Source: Trueperaceae bacterium
GTDB lineage: Bacteria > Deinococcota > Deinococci > Deinococcales > Trueperaceae
Direction of reading: 5' to 3'
Length of the DNA stretch: 64,000 nt
Assembly (NCBI GenBank): GCA_965213705.1
Contig: OZ243913.1
Location: 544,001 to 608,000, forward strand
Below are positions 39,103-48,401 of the stretch, piece by piece. The notes beneath the pieces are model-generated. The model saw nothing but the letters and a program-made list of their open reading frames with translations, did not search any database and was not told where the DNA came from. Made by a program: the position numbers and the translations under genes. Within the stretch, counting starts at the first letter, position 1. Each line of letters opens with the position of its first letter.

Positions 39103-39681
39103 GTGTTTAGCACAGCATTCTTCGGTTCGCTAGTGGGTACTTTGCTCACCCTTCTTGTATTGTTGGGCGGCTTCCTAATCTGGGACTACTTTGACCGTCG
39201 CAAGCAGCGTGGAAGTGTTATACCTTCTACCTCATCACATTTTGACAATATCCCTGAACGGGAGCTGGAAAGTCATATCGTTCAGCAATTTTCGAGCCTC
39301 TTCCCAAACCTTCGCATTTACAATGATGCTTCGGAAGGCGATAATTTGACAGGGATTCAACTCAATACAAAGAAAGCCGGAATTATTGACATTCTTGCAC
39401 TAGACGGTGAAGACAACTTTGTCATCTTTGAACTCAAGAAAGCTAAAGCGCCTGACAGGGTTGTCGCGCAAGTTGACAGATACATCGAATGGGTAGAACG
39501 GCACTTGGCGCAATCCTCTCAAAGTGTCAGAGCCATCGTAATCGCACAGAGGTTTGATAGCCGACTCTTGTACACACTGGCTAGACGAGAAAAAATCAGT
39601 GCAATGTCCTTCAGTTGGGAAATCGGCTTGAACTTGAGTGAGGCGTCTTTACCTGATAAAGCGGCTGACCTTGCGACTTAG
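39103..39681 (+). CDS. NucS-like PD-(D/E)XK nuclease domain with an N-terminal transmembrane helix
   Basis: FFGSLVGTLLTLLVLLGGFLIW, then ERELESHI, IDILALD..NFVIFELKK, AQVDRY; AT-richer than its flanks. Confidence 0.7.
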   Translation: MFSTAFFGSLVGTLLTLLVLLGGFLIWDYFDRRKQRGSVIPSTSSHFDNIPERELESHIVQQFSSLFPNLRIYNDASEGDNLTGIQLNTKKAGIIDILALDGEDNFVIFELKKAKAPDRVVAQVDRYIEWVERHLAQSSQSVRAIVIAQRFDSRLLYTLARREKISAMSFSWEIGLNLSEASLPDKAADLAT

Positions 39682-39685
39682 CTAT

Positions 39686-39855
39686 GCACTGTAAGGGATT
39701 CGGCTTACCCTAACGAAAGTTTAGAGCAAAGTCATAACATGCTTGATTTAATCTCTGAAACGTTGCAATCTCAGCGTAAGTCTGTAGGATGAGCTTACCC
39801 CTTAACGGTATCCGCGTCGCCGACTTCTCCCGCATCCTCGCCGGACTTTACTGGT
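39686..39855 (+). repeat. Diverged duplicate of the upstream region and first ~19 codons of the CoA-transferase gene (other copy ~40490-40660)
   Basis: AAAGTTTAGAGC...CTCAGCGTAAGTCT.TAGGATGAGCTTACCCCT.AACGGTATCCGCGTCGCCGACTT.TCCCGC.TCCTCGCCGGAC present in both copies. Confidence 0.9.
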
Positions 39856-39875
39856 GTATGATGGCGTCGAGATGA
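39789..39875 (+). pseudogene. Truncated CoA-transferase N-terminus (28-aa ORF)
   Basis: MSLPLNGIRVADFSRILAG-LYWCMMASR*; its TGA overlaps the DUF433 ATG (ATGA 39872-39875). Confidence 0.75.
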
Positions 39876-40117
39876 ACGAGCTGCAACCCTCCCTTGTCGA
39901 ATCGAATCCAAACATCATGATGGGCAAAGCCGTTATCAAAGGAACGCGCATCACGGTAGAGTCTATTTTGGAAAAGCTCGCCTACGGTGAAAGTAGGGAA
40001 CAGCTTCTTGCCGCTCACCCCAGACTGACCAAAGAAGCTATCGACGCGGCGCTGATTTTTGCTGCCCAGGCGCTTCGTGCCGACGTAGTTTACCCTACAC
40101 CCGGCAAGGCGGCGTGA
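39872..40117 (+). CDS. DUF433 antitoxin (second copy)
   Basis: NPNIMMGKAVIKGTRITV; paralog of 19705-19950. Confidence 0.9.
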   Translation: MNELQPSLVESNPNIMMGKAVIKGTRITVESILEKLAYGESREQLLAAHPRLTKEAIDAALIFAAQALRADVVYPTPGKAA

Positions 40118-40467
40118 CGTTTGTCGCTGATGAAGGTGTAGATAGCGCCATTGTTGCAAAGCTGAGGGACGAAGACCATGAAGTTCTCTACGTGGTAGAA
40201 ATGTCACCGGGCATCTCCGATGATGAAGTTTTAGACTGGGCAAACGACAACCGAGCCTTACTCATGACGGCGGACAAAGACTTTGGAGAACTGGTGTTTA
40301 GGCTCAACCGCGTTCACAGAGGCGTGGTTCTTCTCAGGCTTTACGGGCTGAGTTCCGAGCTGAAGGCGAAGATTGTCAGTGAGACTGTACGAGCACACAG
40401 CGCTGCTATGGTTGACGCTTTTACCGTTATCGCGCACAGTTCGGTGCGCATTCGCTCCAAACTTTAA
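40114..40467 (+). CDS. DUF5615 PIN-like toxin (second copy)
   Basis: 97/117 residues identical to 19355-19708 by manual comparison. Confidence 0.88.
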   Translation: MTFVADEGVDSAIVAKLRDEDHEVLYVVEMSPGISDDEVLDWANDNRALLMTADKDFGELVFRLNRVHRGVVLLRLYGLSSELKAKIVSETVRAHSAAMVDAFTVIAHSSVRIRSKL

Positions 40468-40594
40468 CCGCGCGTCGCTGTATGACTGAGCGCCGCAAAG
40501 GATTTGGGCTCGCACTGATGAAAAGTTTAGAGCACGGCCATGACATGCTTAACTCAACTCTCGAAACGCTGCAACCTCAGCGTAAGTCTCTAGG

Positions 40595-41752
40595 ATGAGC
40601 TTACCCCTGAACGGTATCCGCGTCGCCGACTTTTCCCGCGTCCTCGCCGGACCCTACTGCTCGATGCTCCTAGCCGACTTGGGCGCGGACGTGGTCAAGG
40701 TCGAAAGTCCAAACGGTGACGAAACGCGCACCTGGGGGCCGCCCTACGCGGGGAGTGAGAGCGCTTACTTTTTGAGCGTCAACCGCAACAAGCGCTCGGT
40801 CACGTTCGATTTGAAAAACCCTGAAGACCGGGCGCTCGCTTTTGAACTCGTCAGACAGAGTGACGTGCTGCTCCACAACTTCAAACCGGGCGACGACGTG
40901 AAATTGGGTCTCGAGCCCGACAGCGTCAAAAAGCTCAACCCAACCCTCGTTTACGCGCACATCAGCGGCTACGGCAGCGCCGGGCCGGAGGCGGGCAAGC
41001 CGGGTTACGACCTGCTCGCCCAGGCGCTGACGGGACTCATGAGCATCACCGGGCCGGCGGAGGGCGAGCCGTACAAAGTTGGTGTGGCGGTCGTCGATGT
41101 GCTCGCCGGGCTAAACGCGGCGCTTGGTATCGTCGCGTCGTTGTACGCGCAAAAAGAGTCGCCGCAGTTTCGCACGGTCGAAACGTCGCTGCTCGAGGCC
41201 GGTCTTTCGGCCCTCGTCAACGTGGCGAGCAGCTACCTCATTACGGGCAAAACGCCCGCACGTTACGGCAACGCGCACGCTTCCATCGTGCCTTACCAGG
41301 CGTTCCGTGCTCAAGACGCAACGTTCGTCGTCGCGGCGGCGAACGATAGACAGTTCGCGGCGCTGGCACAAGTTTTAGGACGGGAAGAGTGGCTTGCCAA
41401 CGAAGCTTTTGCGACGAACGAAGCTCGAGTCAAGCACCGCTCAGTCCTGGTGCCACTGCTCGAGGCCGTTTTCAAAACACAGGCTCGAGCCCACTGGTTG
41501 AGCGTTTTGGAAACCGCCGGAGTCCCTTGCGCGCCCGTGGCGACCTTGCCGGAAGTCTTTGAAAGCGAGCAAGTGCAAGCTTTGGCGATGGTGCAGCGCT
41601 GCCAGCACTCGAGCGCCGGGGACATCCCCCTTGTCGCCGCCGGTTTCAAGCTGGACGGGCTGCCGACGCCGCTCTACCGACCGCCGCCGCTGTTGGGCGA
41701 GCACAGTGAAGAGTTGATTCGGGAGCTGGGCGCGCGGCTCGAGATGGACTGA
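40595..41752 (+). CDS. CaiB/BaiF family III CoA transferase
   Basis: PLNGIRVADFSRVLAGP, LADLGADVVKVE, NRNKRS, PGYD, PPPLLGEHS. Confidence 0.92.
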   Translation: MSLPLNGIRVADFSRVLAGPYCSMLLADLGADVVKVESPNGDETRTWGPPYAGSESAYFLSVNRNKRSVTFDLKNPEDRALAFELVRQSDVLLHNFKPGDDVKLGLEPDSVKKLNPTLVYAHISGYGSAGPEAGKPGYDLLAQALTGLMSITGPAEGEPYKVGVAVVDVLAGLNAALGIVASLYAQKESPQFRTVETSLLEAGLSALVNVASSYLITGKTPARYGNAHASIVPYQAFRAQDATFVVAAANDRQFAALAQVLGREEWLANEAFATNEARVKHRSVLVPLLEAVFKTQARAHWLSVLETAGVPCAPVATLPEVFESEQVQALAMVQRCQHSSAGDIPLVAAGFKLDGLPTPLYRPPPLLGEHSEELIRELGARLEMD

Positions 41753-41795
41753 AGGCCACCTCGACCGAAATTGAGAGAGCACTCGAGCCCACCCC

Positions 41796-41830
41796 CCTCA
41801 TTCTGAGCGCTAGCGAAAGAATCTCTCAGG
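41796..41830. repeat. Partial small palindromic repeat of the TCATTCTGAGCG..AGCGAA.GAATCT type
   Basis: CTCATTCTGAGCGCTAGCGAAAGAATCTC; resembles the left arm of the element at 47088. Confidence 0.4.
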
Positions 41831-41920
41831 CGGTGCGGTCAAAGAAATTTTGCATTGCACTTGAGTGACCGGAAGGACTCGAGCGCGTATACCGGCCGGT
41901 GCGCCCGGTATAGTTGGGGT

Positions 41921-42571
41921 ATGGAAACGATTACCAGATGGGTGCAGGGGGCCTGGTTTTACTTTCTCATCAAGCGGAGCTTTTTGGTCTTCGCCACCCT
42001 TTTTTTAGGCCTCAGGGTCTACGACAGTTACAAGGTGCCCCCGCCGTCGGCGGGCGGCGTCATCGTCGTCAGCAACCACATCACCACGCTCGACCCGCCG
42101 ATGATGGGCGCGGCCGTCCCGCGTGAGGTGAACTACATGGGCAAAAAGGAACTGTTCGAGAACCGCTACCTGCGCGCGCTGGTGCTGGGTTTGCGCTCGT
42201 ACCCGGTCGACCGCGAGGGCAACACTTCGGGGGCGATTAAAGAGTCCATCCGGCGTCTGAAAGCGGGGCGGGCCATCGGCATTTTTATTCAAGGCACGCG
42301 CAACAAGGGCGACGCTTCGGCTTTAGACGGCGCGGCCTTTATCGCGCAGCGGGCTGGCGTGCCCCTGCAGCCGGCCGCCATCTGGAAAGAGGGACGCAAC
42401 TTCCGCGTGCGCTTCGGCGACCTCATCGTGCCCGAGGGTAAAACCCGCGAGGAAGCCGCCGTCCTGACGGGTAAGATTATGCAGCGGATAGGGGACTTGC
42501 TGCCGCCGGGCTCTGCGTTCGGGTCGGCAGAAACGGCTACAAAAGACGGCGACAATCTCGGCCGGCGGTAG
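41921..42571 (+). CDS. 1-acyl-sn-glycerol-3-phosphate acyltransferase (PlsC family)
   Basis: SNHITTLDPP, YMGKKELF, IFIQGTR; TATAGT-N6-ATG start. Confidence 0.85.
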   Translation: METITRWVQGAWFYFLIKRSFLVFATLFLGLRVYDSYKVPPPSAGGVIVVSNHITTLDPPMMGAAVPREVNYMGKKELFENRYLRALVLGLRSYPVDREGNTSGAIKESIRRLKAGRAIGIFIQGTRNKGDASALDGAAFIAQRAGVPLQPAAIWKEGRNFRVRFGDLIVPEGKTREEAAVLTGKIMQRIGDLLPPGSAFGSAETATKDGDNLGRR

Positions 42572-42701
42572 CTTTGGGTTGTACGGGAAAAACGGCGCGG
42601 CGCGGCACCTTGGTTTTTGCGGGCTCACCCTTGTTATACTTCTAAAGCGAGTCTAAAAGTTATTCGTCCGGGCTGCGCAAGCCTCGACTGAAAGGAACGG
42701 C

Positions 42702-43478
42702 GTGAGCACAGCGCAACTCGTCATTGAAAACCTCACCCTGTCCTTCGGCGGTTTAAACGCGCTCAGCAGCGTGTCCTTGAGCGTTGCCCCCGGCAGCATC
42801 ACCTCGATTATCGGGCCGAACGGGGCGGGCAAGACGAGCCTGCTCAACTGCGTGTCCGGGTTTTACACGGCTTCGTCGGGCAGCATCACCTTTGAAGGCA
42901 AAGAACTTACAGGTTTGAGCCCGCACCAGGTTTCGAAGCTCGGCGTGGCGCGGGCGTTTCAGAACATCGAGCTGTTTTCAGGTTTGAGTGTGCTCGACAA
43001 CCTCATGCTGGCGCGGCACACGCACCTGCATTACTCGTTTTTGGCGTCGCTCGTTTTTTACGGGCGCACCCGCCGTGAGGAAATCCGCAACCGCGAAACC
43101 GTCGAACACATCATCGACTTTATGGAACTCGCGCCTTACCGCAAGGCGGTCGTCGGCGAACTCGCCTACGGCGTGCGCAAGCGCGTGGAGATGGCGCGGG
43201 CGCTGAGCTTGGAGCCCAAACTCTTGTTGTTGGACGAGCCGATGGCGGGCATGACCCTGGGTGAGAAAGAGGACATCGTCCGCTTTATTTTGGACATCAA
43301 GGCCGAGCGCGACACGACCGTGGTGTTGATTGAACACGACCTCGGCGTGGTCATGGACATCAGCGACACGGTTTTTGTGCTCGACTTCGGCGAGCGCATC
43401 GCGGGCGGCCCGCCCGGTGAGGTCGCGCGGGACCCCGCGGTTATCGAGGCTTACGTGGGCGACGAGGTGGGGGTATGA
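42702..43478 (+). CDS. Liv-type ABC ATPase (LivG-like)
   Basis: FGGLNAL, GPNGAGKT, LLLLDEP, IEHDL, VIEAY. Confidence 0.92.
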   Translation: MSTAQLVIENLTLSFGGLNALSSVSLSVAPGSITSIIGPNGAGKTSLLNCVSGFYTASSGSITFEGKELTGLSPHQVSKLGVARAFQNIELFSGLSVLDNLMLARHTHLHYSFLASLVFYGRTRREEIRNRETVEHIIDFMELAPYRKAVVGELAYGVRKRVEMARALSLEPKLLLLDEPMAGMTLGEKEDIVRFILDIKAERDTTVVLIEHDLGVVMDISDTVFVLDFGERIAGGPPGEVARDPAVIEAYVGDEVGV

Positions 43479-43480
43479 AG

Positions 43481-43541
43481 AGAAAGGAGAAAGGAAAAAG
43501 GCAAAAGGAAAAACACTTTCCACTTTCCACTTTCCACTTTT
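43481..43541. repeat. 7-nt tandem repeats with loosely complementary arms
   Basis: AGAAAGG AGAAAGG AAAAAGG CAAAAGG ... CACTTTC x3. Confidence 0.75.
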
Positions 43542-43578
43542 TTCTTCTTGACGAGTTCTTTCTTGGCGAGGTCTTCCC

Positions 43579-45537
43579 GTGAGCGCCTTGAGGCCCAGCG
43601 CCGAACTGCTCGAGCTGACCCTGCCGCAACTGCTTTTAAAACGCGTGGCCGCGGCACCGGGAGGAGTCGCCTTTCGGCACAAAGACTTGGGCGTGTGGGG
43701 TGAACTCACCTGGGGCGAGGTCGCCGCGCAGGTGCGCCGCGCGGCGCTGGGGCTCTTGACGCTCGGGGTCGCGCCGGGGGACCGGGTGGCGGTTTTGGCC
43801 GACAACGTGCCCGAGTGGCCGATTTTGGAGTTGGCGGCGCAGTCGGTTGGCGCTATCAGCATCGGCGTGTACGCCTCGAGCGTGCGCGACGAGGTGCGCT
43901 ACTTGCTCGAATACTCCGAGGCCGTCATCGTTTTGGCCGAAGACCAGGAGCAGGTCGACAAAATCGTCGACGTGAAAAGCAGCCTGCCGCACTTGCAGAA
44001 AATCATCTTCGAAGACCCGCGCGGGATGCGGGACTACCTCGAGGACGACCTGTTTTTGAGTTGGGCGGGGTTGCTCGCCCGCGGCGCTGAACTGGACGGG
44101 CTCGAGCCTGAACTCTTCGAGCAGCACGTGGCGCAGGGCAAGCCCGACGACGTGTGCCACTTAAGCGCCACCTCCGGTACCACCGGCCGACCCAAGGCGG
44201 CGATGCTCAGCCACCGCAACTACCTGTCGATGGCCTACGCGCTCCACCGCGTCGACCCGGTCGCCGCGGGTGACGACTACGTGTCGTTTTTGCCGTTTGC
44301 CTGGATCGTCGAGCAGGTGTTCGCCCTCGGCATGTCGCTGTTGACCGGCATGGTCGTGAACTTTCCCGAGTCCGGCGAGACGGCGATGGAAGACTTGAAA
44401 GAAATCGGCCCCCACATGATGCTCGGCGCGCCGCGCGTCTGGGAAGGCGTGCAGTCGCAGATTTGGGTGAAGATGAACGAGGCGTACCCTTTCAACCGCT
44501 GGTTTTACCGGCAACTGATGAAAGTCGGGCGGCGCGCGGCCGACTACCGGATGCGTGGGCGCACGATGCCCCCGGCCCTCGGCCTGGCCTACCGCTTCGC
44601 CCACTTCGCGCTGTTCCGCCCGCTCAAAGACCAGCTCGGTTTTTTGCGCTTGAAACGCGCCTACACGGGCGGCGCGGCCCTGGGGCCGGACACCTTCGGC
44701 TTTTTTCAGGGGATGGGCGTGAACTTAAAACAGGTCTACGGCCAGACCGAGACCTCCGGCTTGGCCTACGTGCAGCGCGACGGGGAAATAGACCCCGACA
44801 CGGTCGGCAAGCCGCTGCCCGGTGTCGAGGTGCGCGTGAGCGAGGCGGGCGAGGTGTTGACGCGCTGCGCGGGTGTTTGTCACGGCTACTACAAGCTCGA
44901 GGCCGAGTTCGAAGAGGAACTCTTAGACGGCTACTTCCGCAGCGGCGACGCAGGCTACCTCAACGACTCGGGCGACCTCGTTATCATCGACCGCGTCAAG
45001 GACGTGATGCACACCGCCCAGGGCCACATGTTCAGCCCGCAGTTTATCGAAAACAAGCTCAAGTTCAGCCCGTTCATCAAAGAGGCCGTCGTGTTCGGCG
45101 ACGCTTCAGACTTCATCACCGCCATGCTCAACGTCGACCCGCTCACGGTCGGCAAGTGGGCCGAGGACCGCGGCTTAAGCTACACGACCTACGCCGACCT
45201 GTCGCAAAACCCGGCGGTGTCGGAGCTGATTTTGGACGAGGTACGCGCCGTCAACGAGGACTTGCAGGGTGCCGAACGGCTGCAACGCTTCGTCCTCCTA
45301 TACAAGCTCTTAGACGCCGACGACGAAGAACTCACCCGCACCGGCAAGGTGCGCCGCGACCTAATCGCGCAGCGCTACGGGACGATTTTGACCGCCCTCT
45401 ACGACCGCGAGGTGAGGGACGTGCGCGTCACCGCCGAGTTCAACTATCAAGACGGGCAGACTGCCACGCTGGAGACCGAAGTAAGGGTGCTCGAGCCTGC
45501 GGGCGTTAGTAAAACCCTCGCCTCGGAGCAAGTTTGA
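43579..45537 (+). CDS. Long-chain acyl-CoA synthetase (AMP-binding)
   Basis: TSGTTGRPKAAMLSH, YGQTE, SGDAG, IENKLK, ELTRTGKVRR. Confidence 0.9.
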   Translation: MSALRPSAELLELTLPQLLLKRVAAAPGGVAFRHKDLGVWGELTWGEVAAQVRRAALGLLTLGVAPGDRVAVLADNVPEWPILELAAQSVGAISIGVYASSVRDEVRYLLEYSEAVIVLAEDQEQVDKIVDVKSSLPHLQKIIFEDPRGMRDYLEDDLFLSWAGLLARGAELDGLEPELFEQHVAQGKPDDVCHLSATSGTTGRPKAAMLSHRNYLSMAYALHRVDPVAAGDDYVSFLPFAWIVEQVFALGMSLLTGMVVNFPESGETAMEDLKEIGPHMMLGAPRVWEGVQSQIWVKMNEAYPFNRWFYRQLMKVGRRAADYRMRGRTMPPALGLAYRFAHFALFRPLKDQLGFLRLKRAYTGGAALGPDTFGFFQGMGVNLKQVYGQTETSGLAYVQRDGEIDPDTVGKPLPGVEVRVSEAGEVLTRCAGVCHGYYKLEAEFEEELLDGYFRSGDAGYLNDSGDLVIIDRVKDVMHTAQGHMFSPQFIENKLKFSPFIKEAVVFGDASDFITAMLNVDPLTVGKWAEDRGLSYTTYADLSQNPAVSELILDEVRAVNEDLQGAERLQRFVLLYKLLDADDEELTRTGKVRRDLIAQRYGTILTALYDREVRDVRVTAEFNYQDGQTATLETEVRVLEPAGVSKTLASEQV

Positions 45538-46106
45538 TGGAGCGGGTCCTGGAAGTTTTGCGGCAACGTCCCGAACGCCCCTTGCTCGTTGGCATCGACG
45601 GCCACAGCGCGGCGGGCAAGTCCACCTTGGCGCGCTGCATAGCCGAAAATGTCTCCGAAACGACCGTTGTGCCGATGGATGATTTCTACCGGATGATGCC
45701 TGAAGAAGAGCGTTTCGGCCTCACGCCGGAGGAGGGGTGCGAACGGTACTACGACTGGCAACGCCTTCATCAGGTGCTCGAGGCCCTGACAGCGGGTCGG
45801 ACGAGCCAGTATCAGCGTTACGACTGGACGGCGAATCGTCTGAGCGCAACCGTCACGGTCGAACCGAAAGGCGTCATCTTGGTTGAAGGGTGTTACAGCT
45901 TGCGGCCAGAACTGTTTCCTTACTACCACGTCACCTTTTTTGCCATAGCGTCTGAGAAAGCGAGGCTCGAGCGGCAAAAACTTCGAGCGGATGCAAATGA
46001 GGCTTGGCTGGCAAAGTGGGACGCTGCTGAGGCTTATCATTTTGTAAAGCACATGCCTGAAAAAGCTGTTGACCTTGTTGTCTACGGAGACGAGGTAAGC
46101 GCGTGA
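45537..46106 (+). CDS. Uridine-kinase-like P-loop kinase
   Basis: VGIDGHSAAGKST, MDDFY, YQRYDW, ILVEG. Confidence 0.8.
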   Translation: MERVLEVLRQRPERPLLVGIDGHSAAGKSTLARCIAENVSETTVVPMDDFYRMMPEEERFGLTPEEGCERYYDWQRLHQVLEALTAGRTSQYQRYDWTANRLSATVTVEPKGVILVEGCYSLRPELFPYYHVTFFAIASEKARLERQKLRADANEAWLAKWDAAEAYHFVKHMPEKAVDLVVYGDEVSA

Positions 46107-46996
46107 CCTACTTCCTCCAACTCCTCATCACCGGCGTCTCGGTCGGCTGCATTTACGCGCTCGCCGCGCTCGGCTTCGTCCTCATTTACAAGTCGAGCCG
46201 CGTCATCAACTTCGCCCAAGGCGAGCTGTTGGCTATCGGCGCGTTTACGGTTTACGGGCTGACGGTTTGGTTGGGCCTGAACATCTGGCTCGCGCTGCTC
46301 GTCGCGCTTGGGCTGTCGTTCATGTTCGGGCTGGCGGTCGAGCGCACCTTTCTACGCCCGATGATTGGCGAGCCCATCATCAGCGTCATCATGGTGACGA
46401 TAGGCTTGGCGAGTTTGCTTTCGGGCCTGGTGTTTTTTACGCCCTTCGGGACGCTGAACACGCGCTTTCCGAGGTTCTTGCCGTCGCAGCCCTTGATGCT
46501 CGGCGACTTGCTGATTCGCTGGGAGCAGCTTTTGGGCATCGCCCTGACCGCGCTTTTTCTGGCGGTGCTGGTCTGGTTTTTCACGCGCAGCACGCTCGGC
46601 ATCGCGATGCGGGCGGTCGCCGACGACCAGCTGGCAAGCCTGTCGGTGGGCGTTTCGGTCGAGCGGGTTTTCGGCCTCGCCTGGGCCGCGGCGGGCGTGA
46701 GCGCGACGGCGGCGGGCTTCGTGGTGGGGAACTTGTCCAGCCTCAGCTTCGCCGGACTGACCGCCATTGGGCTAAAGGTGTTTCCGGTGGTGATTTTGGG
46801 CGGCCTCGACTCGATTGCGGGCGCGGTGGTCGGCGGCATTGTCATCGGGGTGTTGGAACAACTGGCGTCGGGCTACTTAGACACCTTCGTCCCCGGCGGC
46901 GGGACGGGCGACGTGTTCCCGTTCGTCGTCCTCATCATTATCTTGCTCATCAAACCGCACGGGCTGTTCGGAACGAAGGAGATTGAGAGAGTATGA
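46103..46996 (+). CDS. Liv-type ABC permease (LivH-like)
   Basis: YALAALGFVLIY..INFAQG, GIAMRA, ILGGLDS, KPHGLFG. Confidence 0.92.
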   Translation: MTYFLQLLITGVSVGCIYALAALGFVLIYKSSRVINFAQGELLAIGAFTVYGLTVWLGLNIWLALLVALGLSFMFGLAVERTFLRPMIGEPIISVIMVTIGLASLLSGLVFFTPFGTLNTRFPRFLPSQPLMLGDLLIRWEQLLGIALTALFLAVLVWFFTRSTLGIAMRAVADDQLASLSVGVSVERVFGLAWAAAGVSATAAGFVVGNLSSLSFAGLTAIGLKVFPVVILGGLDSIAGAVVGGIVIGVLEQLASGYLDTFVPGGGTGDVFPFVVLIIILLIKPHGLFGTKEIERV

Positions 46997-47005
46997 GGGA
47001 GAGCC

Positions 47006-47248
47006 GGAAGTGGGAAGTGGGAAGTAGGAAGCAGGAAGTAGAAAGTAAAAAGGTGTTTGCTACTTACGCCTCACCTTACGCACTACCGTCGTTGCGAGCG
47101 CAGCGAGGCAATCTCCAAACGTATGCGCTTCGTGCCAGCGCGGATTGCTTCGCCGCTCCTGCGTCGCTTCTCGCAAGGACAAAAAGAGAACGCCAAGGCC
47201 AGGATTTGCGCAAGGTGACTTATTCCTTACTTCCTACTCCCTACTTCC
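47006..47248. repeat. Nested palindromic element: heptamer arms around an inner palindrome
   Basis: GGAAGTR-type x6 (47006-47047) pairs with TACTTCC-type (47221-47248); inner GTCGTTGCGAG..GCGAGGCAATC..GATTGCTTCGC..CTCGCAAGGAC (47088-47180). Confidence 0.8.
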
Positions 47249-47287
47249 AACAAACGAAAAAAACCAGCTTACTCAAAAGGAACCGTC

Positions 47288-48397
47288 ATGGCCGTTAACC
47301 GTTGGTTCCAGTCCGGCAACTACCGCCGCACGTACCGCGAAGACCAGACGATTTTTGCGACCTACAGCGAACAGGCGTCGTTGGTGGTGTTCGTGCTGCT
47401 GCTGTTTCTGGTGCCGCAGATGCCCTTTATGTCGCGCTCGCTGTTTCGGCTGTTCGACTTAGCGCTCATCTACACGGTGGCGGTGATGGGCCTCAACTTA
47501 GTGACGGGCTACGCGGGGCAAATCTCCATCGGGCAGGCGGCGTTTATGGGGGTGGGAGCGTATGCGGCGGTGGTGGTGACGAGGGACTTAGCCGTGCCGC
47601 TCCTTGGGTTTGAGACATTACCCTTTTGGTACGCGCTGCTGCTGTTGCCCTTTGGCGGTATCGTCGCGGCGGCGGTAGGCGCGTTCGTCGGCTTGCCGAG
47701 TTTGCGCCTCAAACACCTTTACCTCGCCATCGCTACCTTGGCGTTTCAAATTATCTTCACCTGGACGGTCGGGCACTTACCCTGGCTCAAGCAGGGCGGC
47801 GCTATCAAGATGCCGAGGCTGGACTTTTTCGGGGCGGAAATCAAGGGCTCCTCGAGCATCGGGCCGTTTTACTTTTACTTCGCGCTCGTCGTCGTTATTC
47901 TTATGGCTGTTTTGATGCGGAACCTGCTGCGCGGCAAGTTCGGGCGGGCGCTCATCGCGGTGCGCGACAACGACCGGGCGGCGGACGCGATGGGCATCAA
48001 CCCCGGCGGCGCGAAGGTCATGGCTTTTGCCATTTCGGGCTTTTACGCGGGCGTTTCCGGCGTGCTGCTGGTGCTCTACAACGGCAGCGCGATTGTCGAG
48101 ACCTTCAGCTTGGGTTTGTCCATCGACTTTTTAGCGATGGCGATTATCGGCGGGCTCGGCACGATGGTGGGCTCGCTCATCGGCCCGAGCTTTTTGCTGC
48201 TCTTAGACCCGCTCGTCGAGGGGTTCGCCAACTTTTTGCAAAACCTGTTTCCCTCGACCATCGACGTCGCCACGGCGATGCGCCCGACCTTTTTCGGACT
48301 CATCATCGTGCTGTTTTTGATTTTCGAGCCTCGAGGGTTGGCGAACGGGTGGCGGTTGATGAGGCAGTATTTTAAGCGGTTTCCGTTCAAGTATTAG
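47288..48397 (+). CDS. Liv-type ABC permease (LivM-like)
   Basis: GLNLVTGYAGQISIGQAAF, LYLAIATLAF, GRALIAVRDN, EPRGL. Confidence 0.92.
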   Translation: MAVNRWFQSGNYRRTYREDQTIFATYSEQASLVVFVLLLFLVPQMPFMSRSLFRLFDLALIYTVAVMGLNLVTGYAGQISIGQAAFMGVGAYAAVVVTRDLAVPLLGFETLPFWYALLLLPFGGIVAAAVGAFVGLPSLRLKHLYLAIATLAFQIIFTWTVGHLPWLKQGGAIKMPRLDFFGAEIKGSSSIGPFYFYFALVVVILMAVLMRNLLRGKFGRALIAVRDNDRAADAMGINPGGAKVMAFAISGFYAGVSGVLLVLYNGSAIVETFSLGLSIDFLAMAIIGGLGTMVGSLIGPSFLLLLDPLVEGFANFLQNLFPSTIDVATAMRPTFFGLIIVLFLIFEPRGLANGWRLMRQYFKRFPFKY

Positions 48398-48401
48398 GAG
48401 A

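Noticed and set aside
46993..47298. 101-aa ORF between livH and livM
   Set aside because: It is a translation of heptamer and palindromic repeats (SRKWEVGSRKQEV), not a plausible protein.
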